The notes beneath the pieces were generated by a model. It made no database searches. It was given only the letters and a program-made list of their open reading frames with translations, and was not told the DNA's origin. DNA of 52,804 nucleotides, the filler included, from Bipalium vagum (lineage: Eukaryota), in NCBI GenBank assembly GCA_037834085.1. It is 3 parts of 3 records of this genome, joined end to end, with 100 filler letters (N's around TTAATTAATTAA, not from the genome) between each part and the next. Parts side by side here need not be neighbours in the genome. Positions count along the whole stretch, not along the records: positions 33,411 to 52,804 come from JBBMKC010003969.1; 2 more parts are not named here. One strand, written 5' to 3'. The position numbers were made by a program, and so were the translations under genes. Positions 36,761-48,542 of the stretch are shown piece after piece. Numbering within the stretch: the first letter of the stretch is position 1; each line of letters starts with the position of its first letter.

Positions 36761-37427
36761 TGTTGGAATATAATTGTATCAGAGTAATCACAAAAAAGTT
36801 TATTTAATCTACTCGATATTCCAATATCAAAATTAAAATACGATCAAATTTTCAAAAGAAAAGGTCAATCGATCAGATAAAATAACAATCAGATAAACAC
36901 TTAAACACGTACATCGAGTGATCAACAAAAACAGTTAATGAATCGAACAAAATTCTAACCACCAATAATTCAATTGATATAGCGAAATGATCAATTAAAT
37001 AAATATTAAAAAACCGTTAATGTATCGATTAAAGTGTTAGCTAAGAATTAATTATTTAATAATAAACAAACAAACAAAAACCAATCAATTAACCACCCAT
37101 CGCCTGCTGACAATGGGTACTTGGGCTGTTAGATAAGCTCAAGTCTGTTAGCTCATAAACGACCGAACCTCACTGGACTCATCGTTGACTCCTATCGCAT
37201 AGAAAGCATAAAGATTAAAAACTTGAAAAATAATTTTCCGAGGTAATCCAACAATTCAAAAATTTCTGGGTAGTTCATTGAGGACTCCATCGCCTTTAAT
37301 ATTGGCCAGGCGACTACTCAGTCGTTGACCAGCATTCTTATTAGGGAACGCCAATTCCCTTCTTGGCGAAAACTTTCAATTCCGTCTCTTATTGAGGATC
37401 AACATTGTCAAGATTAGGAAAACATAA
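36761..37427 (-). mobile_element. Solo-LTR-like element, possibly inserted in a hAT remnant
   Basis: Minus strand ends ...ttccaaca with AATAAA near 36800. GC-richer hairpin at ~37112-37160 precedes g|gtggtt. Right boundary uncertain. Confidence 0.35.
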
Positions 37428-37915
37428 AGAAAAATTCTTTTTTTATTATTTTTACAATTATTTACTTTTATTAATTATTATAATATTATTATTAGTATTA
37501 TTACGAGAGTAAAAGTATTATTACTATATTAATAATATTATTTTTAGAAATCAGATCACTTGGTGGTCTTAATAATTCGAAGGAACGTGCCTTTGGCCAG
37601 CCAAACAAAATGATTCTACGAAGTGTTTGATTTAATGTAAATGATCGTTCAACCAATGATCATCTTCACAGAGAAATGCATACTCCCACCATTATTTACA
37701 CTTTTTTGCAGACTTGAAGATTTTCGCTACACCAAAAATGTTCTTCTAAAATCCTTTTTAATTTGAAATTTTAGTTATTTTTGTCTTCGTTGATTGGGTT
37801 CTATGCCGATTTGACCATGGTTTTTTAAATTTTAATATCAAACGACCGCAACGTAATGACATTTTTAAATAAATCATTTCGATTACATAACACTTGATTG
37901 ATATAAAAGAAGTAG

Positions 37916-38266
<351 letters not shown>

Positions 38267-38310
38267 TTACGTTAACACTTTGAAAATCAAAATTTGAGAA
38301 TGTTACAAAC

Positions 38311-38326
38311 AGCCCTCTTTAGGGCT
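38311..38326 (+). promoter_or_regulatory. Histone 3' stem-loop (variant)
   Basis: CAAAC-AGCCCT-CTTT-AGGGCT-ACAAA, 44 nt after the stop codon. Confidence 0.9.
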
Positions 38327-39649
38327 ACAAATTTTGATTGTGTAATGGGTTCTCTATTTGGACCGTGATTTGTAAAAAGTATTTTCCAGGATGTTATATT
38401 AGGGTCTTTGTTGAATTTGAGGGACAATATTCTTATATCTTTTATTCTTCAATATTTAAAAACATTTCTTAAACTTTAAACTAATCATTAAAACAAAAAA
38501 TTGATGTGTGCATTTTAGTATTGATTTTTATTGTTTTTTCGGTATCAGATCAGTGAAATTCCTTAAGGATACCGGACTTTATGGTTTGTCCTCGACAATT
38601 CAAAAACAAGTTGTCCGTGTATTTTTAAAATTGAATGAATTACATTGTTCTGATCTCAGGTATTCAATAAATTTCAGTTGACATAAGTTTTTGATATTGT
38701 TGGTATTTGATTTGTTATTTTACTGTTATTTTTACTGGTTAACATTAAAAGCAAATATATCAGCTTCTTTACAAATCATTACGATTACGATATAAATAGT
38801 ATTTCTATCTTCTGATGAAAGAGGCTTGTCGATTCCAACAACAAAATAATGAATAATCGAATCGCTTAAGTATGTTACAAAGTCTTGATATTTTCTGAGC
38901 TTTTATACATTTATTTTACTTCCCTACATCTTGTCCCACTTAAGTAACTGGTACGAATTACCATTTATTGATTTGAAAATGTTATGGAATTAACTACCAT
39001 AATTATAGAATTCTAGTTATTTTTTGAAGGGTCTAAAATATAGAGTTAATTAACATAATATATAACCTTTCAATGATAATATATAACATCTATAAGGATA
39101 TAGGGATGTAGACTGGCTTCTAATGCAAGGCTCTGTGAGCTATATTGTACTTTTGTATTATATTGTATTTTTTCTTTTGTACTCAAAATGTAACGTAAAC
39201 CTGCTAAACCCTAACTGCTCAATTCGTTCCTAAGTAAAAATAACCACAATATACTTTAATCTCAAATGTAACTTAATTACGATAATCTTCATTTTAAAAG
39301 AATAATCGTAATGAGTAGAATTCGATCACGATAAAATAATATCAAGAACATAAAATCTAAAGGATGTCAAATAATTTTACGAATAAAATTAAGTGTATTA
39401 CTGAAATTATTAAAAATAAAACTCAAAATTAAAGTGAAATGAAAAACAATTAATCAAAAGAAAATAAAACTATATCTTTATCATATCATCAGATAGATCC
39501 TGCACAGATAGATCCTAACTCCAGGACATTATGCAATTAAGTTTATGTATCGAATTTTTATTATTGATTTTTTAGAATTCTGAATATTCTTTTTCAGCTT
39601 ATGTATCTTTTAATATTTAAATCTATAATGACTATTGAGATATAGATTT

Positions 39650-40680
39650 TAGTAAGCGAGAATCTACAGCATCTAGTAAAAACTGCAGCTTGTGGTGCCT
39701 TTAAAATTTGGTGAAAGCCAAAATTCGATATCGCAACAAACAGGCAATGATAGAAAAAATATTCGACGTTGATTGCAACAAGAAACAGAATTATTGAATT
39801 TGGCTAAAAGCAATCTACTCGTTTAATTGCTGAAGTTGTTAGAGAAAGTTATGCGAGAGAACATTGGTCTTTATCGTTACAAACTTCTATATCACCAGAT
39901 ATTATATGAAAAGAATTTTACGAAGAGTTTGGAAAGACATACTAGAGGTGCAAGTCAAATTTAACCATTTTATCGAATATTTGGTAACGTCAGATGAAGC
40001 TACATTTAAGGTAAATGGTCAAGTAAACCGTCACAATTGAATAATTTGGGGCTTGCAAAAATCAGAGGCTATCCATAATAAAAGCCTAAGCTGTCCTAAA
40101 GTCAACGTATATGTAGACCTTGAAATGCATCGTCTTCTTTGGTTATTTTTCTTATATGAAAATTTTAATTGATCCAATTATCTGGCCATGCTCAATAACA
40201 ATTTGGTGTAATTTCTTAAAAGTAAATGTCGTCTCTGTAAAACTTATTTTTAACAGGATGGACAACCAGCACATTACGCCAAAAAAGTCCGATTTTTTTT
40301 AGATAAGGAATTCTAGTCTCAATTGATTAGTAGTATGGAACCTATTTCATAGCCGCCACGTTCGCCAGATTTAGGTTCTTTGGACTTTTTCGTATGGAGA
40401 AATCTAAAAAATAGGATTTTAGTAAGAAACCGAAAAAGTTGGTACATGAAAGCAAATGTATCAGAAAAATGTGCTCAAATCTCTCTAGATATGTGTAAAA
40501 ATATCAGGCTGACTTTCGTTAAGCGTTTATCAAAATGCATTAAGATAGATGGGCGTCACATTGATTAAAAGTAAAATTTTAAACATTTTTGCATTACTTG
40601 ATAGTTTTTGAAGTTTCTTTTGCTATTTTACTGATAATTTGGTGACATTTAATTCCCAAGGGACTTTATTTACACCACGT
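39650..40680 (+). mobile_element. Degenerate Tc1/mariner-superfamily transposon
   Basis: VTSDEATFKVNGQVNRHN*IIWG; QDGQPAHYA; PPRSPDLGSLDFFVW; KRLSKCIKIDGRHID. Many stops and frameshifts. Confidence 0.8.
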
Positions 40681-41311
40681 TTATTACTAATTAATCAATT
40701 ATTCCATTGTCATTATTCTTTTTTTTATACTATTTATGCGCTTCTACTTGGGGTAAGTATAAAAAAAATTATTTATAAACTGAAAAATTATTAATTACAA
40801 ATTGACCTTGGAAATAACCCGGAAAAACAAACGTGGAGAAGACAAAAACTCAAACATTTTCTGTCATATTAAGCCAAAAAGTCTAATAGTAAGTCGCAAT
40901 ATCTAAACGAAACTGTAGTGATTAGAAAATACATGTCTTTTTTATGAAATTAACAATTTGATATATTTAGCAAACTTTTTCCTATTAAAATATTCTTATT
41001 TTTTACGCACCTAAACAATAAATCATGAAAAAATTTTTTAAAGTAATTAGTAAACGAAAAATAGTTTTTAATGTTAAATCAAATTAATTCGTTTTAAACT
41101 TAATATATATTTTAATCTTTTGTCGTTAGATAAATTGAAAGAAAAAGCCAACTGACATTAATAAATTAAATAAAAGAATTCTCAATTTGTTTTTCTTTAA
41201 CAGGAAAACGGTTTGTTTAAATAAATATTATTTTAAGGTGATCATTTCAAAGGTGCAATTCAAAAATTTTCACTGAAAACACGGACATTATTAACAAATC
41301 TGCAATGGAAT

Positions 41312-43393
41312 ATGCCCATAAATAAAACCCGATCGTACAGCTTTGACTGTCGAGCAATTCATTGGGAAAGAGGCAATTGGTTCAAGACTATTTACCGAAA
41401 CCTAAAGTCTTCAGGTCAACGTTCACGAGGGAAATTGGAAAAGTCGACTCATTCCCAAACGGAAACTCATTCCAGCTCATGCCACTACGATTCGGGAATT
41501 CAATGTTCCGAGAATGTTATCACAATGGAAAAGCTCTGCCATTCACTGATGGAATCGTACATTTTGGACGTGGCACCAAAATCGGAACTCATTTGCAGCA
41601 AGGAAAAACAACCAGGGAATTATTTGAGACCGATGGAAATCATCAACGAAATCATCCACGATGTAATGTCTCACTTTCCAGAAATCGAGACCGTTCTCAA
41701 TCTGCTCGCCGAGGACGTGATTGAGGACTTCTGTTCGTGTCTGGTTTTGTCCCAGGTTACATACTGGCGCGAGCTCATACTCATTGAGCGGGACTTGGAA
41801 CGAAGACAAAACCGATTGATTAAATCGTTCTTCTCGTTCCAGCACCGGTTGAAGGAGCACGATGATGAACAGAACGAAAAGAAAGGAGAGGACCAAGAAC
41901 ATAAAATAGTTAAAAAGAAGACCGATGAAAATAATACAACGGCAGAAAAGAGAAGGTGCGGAAGGGAAGCAAGTGCCGAACGACATGGATCTATTTATAA
42001 TCACCAAAAATCGATTGATATCAAGAGTCATCATCGTCGACAACAGCGAAATGTCAACAAACGATACGTTGTCAAGAAGTGTTCGGCTTTGACTACGGCG
42101 CTGAAAACAGAGCATGAAAGATACCAAAATGACCGGGAGGGGAACGATGGGGATGGGGAACAAGAAAAAGGAGGAATCGTCAACATTGTCAAGCAAGTAA
42201 AGCTGAACAACAAAATCCAAATTATCAACAATAATCATCAACGTCATTGGGCTATATCCAATCAAAATTGTAGTGAAAAATCAATAAAATCGAATTTTGG
42301 AAAACAAATTGAAGATTTCCAATTGTGTTCGATATCGATTTCTCCAATGCCCGTTTCTTCAGATTCTGAAAGCAAAAATAACACCATATCTAATGCCAAA
42401 GGTATCGGTGTAGATTTGGGGAAAGAGAAATTGGGGAGTTTATCAGATAATTCAATAATCAATAATAACGTGACGATTTACGATGAAATCAATAAAAAGA
42501 TCGATATCATAGATGATAAGAAAATCAATAATCACAAAAAAATAGATAGTATAAAAATAAATGAAAAAAAAATCAATAATACAAAAATCATTGATCATAC
42601 AAAAATAAATAACAATAAAAAAATCAATAATGACCACAAACAAATCGATAAAAATTGTATAGATTGTTCACCAACATCTTTGGATATGAACGTGGAAGTT
42701 TTTGTTGTGCATGATTCTTTAGCAACAAAAATCGATAATGAAAATGAGAGTGAAATGCTAAAGTTGAATATTTGTAGAAACGAAGAAGGAGAACAAGATT
42801 TAATGACAGACAATGACAACGATGCAACGCTGAGGACTTTAGAGGCTAACTCGATGAAGAGCGTTTGGGAAATGGGTGACAGTACGGTTCAAGTGTCGGT
42901 GATAAATAGTTTCAGTAGCAGCTGTCATCGGCGAGATGCGCCTGTTTACGATTTCGGTGAAGAAGTGAAAAATCGAGAAAGCCAGGTGAGATATTTCTGT
43001 GGAAATGTGCACGAAAAAATCGGTTTTTCCTGTCTTGATTCTATTCCGAAACTCAATATTTATCATTGTGACACGGAAATGACCGTTTCTAGTCGACCGA
43101 ATCGCTTTCCCGATCAAACGATATCCGTTTCCAACGTTTTCGGTAATCCGACGGACACAATTTGTGAGATTTATCCAGACAAATGCAGTACCATCACCAC
43201 CACTGGTGCCACCACAGCTGGACTTTCCGTTGTCGATGACGAGGACCACTGTCGAAAACACGTTGCAAAGATCATTCACAGAAACGGACCGATTAAAGAA
43301 GCATGGACAAATAAAGTGAAGAATGGCAAAGGGTGTTCGTTTCTCAATCACACGATATCGTCGAAATTGAAAATGAAAGTACGGCAATTGTAA
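41312..43393 (+). CDS. Uncharacterised 693-aa protein with a charged coiled-coil-like segment and N/K/I-rich repeats
   Basis: 2.1-kb open frame, GC-richer than its flanks. AATAAA at ~43470. No domain recognised. The start may be affected by an upstream acceptor (ttaacag ~41203). Confidence 0.7.
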   Translation: MPINKTRSYSFDCRAIHWERGNWFKTIYRNLKSSGQRSRGKLEKSTHSQTETHSSSCHYDSGIQCSENVITMEKLCHSLMESYILDVAPKSELICSKEKQPGNYLRPMEIINEIIHDVMSHFPEIETVLNLLAEDVIEDFCSCLVLSQVTYWRELILIERDLERRQNRLIKSFFSFQHRLKEHDDEQNEKKGEDQEHKIVKKKTDENNTTAEKRRCGREASAERHGSIYNHQKSIDIKSHHRRQQRNVNKRYVVKKCSALTTALKTEHERYQNDREGNDGDGEQEKGGIVNIVKQVKLNNKIQIINNNHQRHWAISNQNCSEKSIKSNFGKQIEDFQLCSISISPMPVSSDSESKNNTISNAKGIGVDLGKEKLGSLSDNSIINNNVTIYDEINKKIDIIDDKKINNHKKIDSIKINEKKINNTKIIDHTKINNNKKINNDHKQIDKNCIDCSPTSLDMNVEVFVVHDSLATKIDNENESEMLKLNICRNEEGEQDLMTDNDNDATLRTLEANSMKSVWEMGDSTVQVSVINSFSSSCHRRDAPVYDFGEEVKNRESQVRYFCGNVHEKIGFSCLDSIPKLNIYHCDTEMTVSSRPNRFPDQTISVSNVFGNPTDTICEIYPDKCSTITTTGATTAGLSVVDDEDHCRKHVAKIIHRNGPIKEAWTNKVKNGKGCSFLNHTISSKLKMKVRQL

Positions 43394-44089
43394 TTTGAAA
43401 TTACAGGAACGGACAAAAATTGAGAGATTTATAGTTTTAAAAATTCCGTTCTATGATTTTCATGAGAACAATAAAGATTAGTTTGATTTCATTGCGAGTT
43501 TGGTCTGTTGTAGAACTTGAAAAACTCAGGAAGACATGAAATTAATAAAGAAATACATATCATTTCTCTTAATAAATCGGTTGGATGGTTGACTAAGTGT
43601 GATAATTTCTCAGGGTCATCATTTTCGAAATTGTTCTCTTTCATCAGTTCATAAAATGAAATTTTTTTTCTTTACACCTAAATATAGAAACCCAATATTA
43701 AAGTATTTGAGCTAGTGAATTATTTATCTAGTTGGCAGATAAATAATTCACTAAGAAAACTCAAGAACTATGAAAGAAACAAATAAATTCCGATGCTGCT
43801 AACAGATGAAGAGAAGCATTTACGAGAAATAAAACATTATGGAAGTCGCCCATCCTCTTGAACAATAAAATTTAAGGATTTTTTGTGAATATAAAATGAA
43901 TAAATAATTGTAAGATGTTATAACCATAATCCTTCAGTTCAGCGGGGAAAAGTAATTAAAAAATATTTTTCTTTAGTTAAGTGGCGTCAAATATTTTAAA
44001 GTATAAATAGCTTGGCACAACTGAAGCGTTCACATTATAGCTTTAGTTCTTAGGAAGTGAACTGCTTAAGAACCGTTTGACTTTTTCAG

Positions 44090-44345
44090 TATTTTTTGTC
44101 TTCTGAAAAGGAAATAAAAGCCAGATTTTTTTTATTAATCTCGAAGTAAAGTCCATTAAATTCAATGGTCGTAAACCACCCACAAGTTGTTCCATTCCGT
44201 GATGATACCACGACATGAAAAAGTGTCATCAAAGTTATTGAAGATACGTCCTTTGAGGAAATGTGTCATTGGTCCGAAAAGGTAAAAATCCGATGGCTTT
44301 TTTTGTCTGTACACTGGATGTGGTAAAAGCTCAACAGATTTTAAT
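44090..44345 (-). mobile_element. Mariner C-terminal remnant
   Basis: ELLPHPVY...PSDFYLFGPMTHFLKGRIFNNFDD (HPPYSPDLAPSDF.LF motif). Confidence 0.75.
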
Positions 44346-44349
44346 ACTG

Positions 44350-45415
44350 TTATGTTTACCAAGACAGCCCCCGGAGAAAAAATAATTAATAAAAACCATA
44401 AATAAAATATAAATATTAATAATATTAATATTAATAATTAAAATTAATTAACACTTGAAAAGCAATTAAAATTTTATAGATATTTTTAGTTTGAACATAC
44501 TTAGAAAATAAAATAACCCTCCAAAAGTAATAATTTATTTTTAAAGAAGTCCAAAAGAGGGAATTTACAAATATTAAAGGTCATCAGAATATAATTTTTC
44601 AGGGAATAGTAGAGTTTTAATAAAATTTTGAGAATTTAAGATTAATTTTGAGATTATTTCAAGAATAATCTCCAGATGAAAATCAGTTTCAGAAAAGTAT
44701 ATAAACAGATCGATTCTAGCATAATTTCACCCCTCAGAAAACGATAGGCTCAAGATTTGCATCGTCTATTAAAGCAGAAATATTATCGATTTGCAGAGTC
44801 TTATTAAAGCAGAAATATTATCGATTTGCAGAGTCTTATTAAAGCAGAAATATTATCGATTTGCAGAGTCTTATTAAAGCAGAAATATTATCGATTTGCA
44901 GAGTCTTATTAAAGCAGAAATATTATCAATTCACCAGGTAAGGATTATAGGAGAACATCAGTTAGCAAATATTTTGATGTCTGGGCTATGCTTAAAATTC
45001 CCCACCAAAGAGTTATCGGTGAGCAACCGTTAGGGCTCAGACGATAGCTCGAGAGTTTTAACGAAAACTAAACTGTAATATTTTTTCTGTTTTTTTTTCA
45101 TATTAACACTGATTAATAAGTAATATTGTATTATATATTTTTTTTAATTTTGTTTTAATTATTTTTGATTATTTTTGACCATTATCGTATTTGATTAAAA
45201 AACATTATATTTGATTATATTAATTTAATCCCTATAAATTTTTGCAATTTTATACAGTAAAACAAATTTACTTAATAATATGTGTGTTAATCTCTTCAGT
45301 GTAATCCAGAAGAAATTCCATAATACAAAAATATATTTCAAAAACAATACTTTCGTTCGTGTTCTGATTATTAAAACAATAATCATTAAAAAATCTATTT
45401 ATTTCCATTACAACA
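44350..45415 (+). mobile_element. Solo-LTR-like element, family A, copy 3 (boundaries approximate)
   Basis: TATATAAA at 44698, then ttcacccctcagaaa (shared with 47830-47844 rc), then the hairpin module at 44982-45079. Abuts the mariner remnant. Confidence 0.5.
44767..44930 (+). repeat. 35-bp tandem repeat, ~4.7 copies
   Basis: Unit tattaaagcagaaatattatcgatttgcagagtct starts at 44767, 44802, 44837, 44872 and 44907 (partial). No spacers. Confidence 0.95.
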
Positions 45416-45802
45416 TGTATTAATAATTAACATAATTAACGAAGAGAGCTTTCGGAGCACTTTTAATTAAGATTTAATATCAACAAGGGTTGAACTTCGA
45501 TATCACTGCAACTCTTTCGACAAGGTTGAATTTGTTTTATTATTCTATTTTTAATATTAAATTAATCATTCAAAACAAAAACCAATTTCGGCAGCTCAAT
45601 CGAATTTCATCCTAAAAATATTTTGTCGATTTTACACAATTTTCATTGGATTAAAAAGGACTTTTGAAAGATCTGAGAAACAAAATTTTGAATAATAAAT
45701 ACAAAAAAAATAATTATTTATTATTAATAATTATAAAATAATAAACATTTTAATTGTTTTAATTAAATTATTTTTAGTACTTTATGAAATACGTTCAGAA
45801 TC

Positions 45803-46753
45803 TCAGCTGTCAAGAAAAGGTGTTTCTAAAGAACATTTTCGAATTCTTTCTTTTACTTCGTTTACTGAAAGGTCTTTACCAAGTCTTGAACTGAGAATAT
45901 TTCGCATTCCTTCTTCCAGAAGAAGAGATACATTTCCATTCTTGTCACTACACAGTCTTCCATGCTTATTGGGTGCCATTAAAGTTTTAACTATCTTTCT
46001 TAATTGGTCTCGAATGATGGCAAATGATAACTGGTTTACATAGTTAATAGGGGATTCTGAGAAACACGGAAAGCTATCCTTGGTGACCATCGAATATACC
46101 AAGACGCCTAACGAAAAGTAATCGGTTAGGTAATCTAGATATAATACCGAAGAATCGCTAAATTCTGGGGCCAAGTGTCCGCTCTTCTCTCGGAAAGATT
46201 TTCGAAATAAACCCATCGGATGTTTGGTAATCACTGAATTACCGAAACCGGTAATGGTCAAGTGACCGCTTTTTCTAATAAGAATATTATCAGCCCTAAT
46301 ATCCTGGTGCACTATGCAGTTATCATGAAGCATATGAAGACCCTCACTGATTTCAGCTAACACAAAAGCAAGCATATATGAGGAAACAGCAGAATGAGAG
46401 TTTGATAGCACGTAGTTTGCCAGAGATCCGTTATCAATATATTCGAGGAAGAGCATGGAGTACCGATTAAGTTTATATGAGTATGCATAGGCTTTGACAA
46501 CGAAGTCATGGTCGATTTGTTGCAGTATCCTTTTGTGAACATTAATCTCATGATGGATGTGGTCCATCACCTGAGCAGAAAACGATTTCAAAGCCACGAG
46601 TTTTGCAGGGTTGACAGTGAGCTGGGGACACTTTATCAAAGAAACATTTGTATTTCGACCTTCAGAAATACTGCGGATCTTGGTGAACTCAATCAGGGTA
46701 GAATTGAAGCATGTCGTAGTGAGCCTTTTTATAATTTGGGTTTCGCTGTTCAT
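45803..46753 (-). CDS. Intronless AGC-like protein kinase, probable pseudokinase
   Basis: VALK, LFLEYIDNGSL, AEISEGLHMLH, HQDIRADNILI, GHLTITGFG (DFG to GFG), LAPE, DYFSLGVLVYSM. Gly-rich loop degenerate. First ATG at 46753. Confidence 0.85.
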   Translation of the reverse strand: MNSETQIIKRLTTTCFNSTLIEFTKIRSISEGRNTNVSLIKCPQLTVNPAKLVALKSFSAQVMDHIHHEINVHKRILQQIDHDFVVKAYAYSYKLNRYSMLFLEYIDNGSLANYVLSNSHSAVSSYMLAFVLAEISEGLHMLHDNCIVHQDIRADNILIRKSGHLTITGFGNSVITKHPMGLFRKSFREKSGHLAPEFSDSSVLYLDYLTDYFSLGVLVYSMVTKDSFPCFSESPINYVNQLSFAIIRDQLRKIVKTLMAPNKHGRLCSDKNGNVSLLLEEGMRNILSSRLGKDLSVNEVKERIRKCSLETPFLDS

Positions 46754-47126
46754 TGTGATATTGTGAAAGTACTGTGGAACAATATTCAAACAAAATAAAT
46801 GAACATTTTTATTTAAGGAAATATTAAAATAAATAATAAATAAATTTAATTTTTATTAAATATAATTTTAAGTAAATTTTGTCTTGAATACATTCCTTCC
46901 TTTTGAGTTATATTCAACATTTTTATATATATAATGAATTTGTGTAAATTATTAAAATTAAAACAAAAAATTTATTAAATATTAAAAATTATTTTTTTTA
47001 AATTATTAAAGTTTCTAAATTAATGCTCAGAATGTTTTTAACATTATATCTGCACAGGGATAATTTTTATTAATTTTATTTATTCTAAAATATCTTAAAA
47101 TATCTTGTTGTAGCACTTCATTATAT

Positions 47127-47850
47127 TGTTCAATATTAGTGTATCAAATCTAAACCTGACTCAAAAATCTTAGGTGGTGCAAATCAAAACAATCAGTAAA
47201 GCAACACTTGTATTTATAAAACACCAAAATAAAAATTTAATACAATGAAAATTCAAAGAAATAATGCAAAAGTCTGGGATCACAATAAATATCTGAAATA
47301 TTTCTCAACCCTTTACACTATCGACTTAGGACACGACACAAATATAAATACAAAAAATAACTCAAATCAAATATGATAATGGTCAGTTATAGTCAAAGTA
47401 CTGTTTAATCAATAAAATGTTAATCAGAACAAATTAGAATAAAATATTACTTACTAGTTAATATTAAGAATAAGAAAAAAGAAATAAGATAAAATAAAAA
47501 AAAGAAAAACCTTACAGTTTATTCTGCGCTTAAACTCCCGAGTTATCGTCTGAGCCCTAACGGTTGCTCACCGATAACCATTTGATGGGGAATTTCAAGC
47601 ATAGTCCCAATACTGAATTCATAATAATACTTGGTTTGAAGAAAGTAACTTTTGGGTACTGGTTCTGCCTTCGTAGTTCTGGACTGATTTCCTTTTTGTG
47701 CAATAGTCTTTCGATCCTTTTCCAATAGGTCCGAGAAGTATCAAATTTTCTCCGTGAAAATTCTTCTCCGTCAAATTCAATACTTCTTTTCTTATAAATT
47801 CTCTGTAAACCTTTTTCTGTTTAGCACGATTTCTGAGGGGTGAAAATCTA
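47127..47850 (-). mobile_element. Solo-LTR-like element, family A, copy 4 (5'-truncated)
   Basis: Terminal ~90 bp closely match 18266-18360. Hairpin module at 47511-47609 is nearly identical to 44982-45079. Confidence 0.6.
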
Positions 47851-47973
47851 CTGAAAAAATAAAATAATAATAATAATTATAAAAAAATTTTTTCCGAATA
47901 AAACTAAACAAAAATAAACCCAATTTCGGGAAAAAAATTATATGAAAAAGTTAAAAATTCAGTTTTCAAAATA

Positions 47974-48542
47974 CTGGGTGTCTCAAAAAAATGTATACAT
48001 AAACTTAGAATAATGTGCGTGAACTAACCGTGATAAGTAGTATTTTATAATGCTGCGTTTCAAGGTTCGGTGAGCCGAATCTTTTGAGATTCCCAGCTCA
48101 AAACGTGCTTATCTCACAGTTATTTCTGGGCTTCTATTAGACAATTCCAGTATTCTTTCTTCTTTTTTTGTACTTGTCGATAATCTCCGTTTTCCAGAAC
48201 GGTTTTTGTTGACATTATTAATAATTCCATCTTTTTCGAAATTTTCCTTTATTCGACTGATTGTCAGTCTTGTTGAAGGATCTATCTGAAATTCTTGAAC
48301 AGGGTCTGCATCTCCTTTATGTTTTCATACTTGAAGTAATTTTTGATAATAAATTTTTGCTGCTCAAAGTTCAACCTACTTTTCATGATTCAACTTTTAA
48401 GAATAAATTTATATGTTTAAAATAGCGGTAACTTCTTACCAATTATTGGATTATTTAAACAAACTATAAAAAAAGTAATAAGGACTTATAAATACTTAAC
48501 GATTTATTTTTAAAGTGTGTATAGATTTTTTGAGACACCTTA
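47974..48542 (-). mobile_element. Internally deleted Tc1/mariner element, copy 2
   Basis: Reverse-complement homolog of 951-1511 over its full length, with TIRs (ctgggtgtctcaaaaaaatgtatac) and TA flanks. Confidence 0.85.

Noticed and set aside
44767-44930. 35-bp repeats as a CRISPR array
   Set aside because: Units are head-to-tail with no spacers, the context is eukaryotic, and there are no cas genes.
44982-45079. Conserved module as an HDV-like or hammerhead ribozyme
   Set aside because: A P1-like pairing (GGGCUAU/AUAGCUC) exists in this copy but is broken in the 47511 copy. I could not map P1.1, P2 or the catalytic C, and there is no CUGANGA...GAAA core. An unknown ribozyme class is not excluded.
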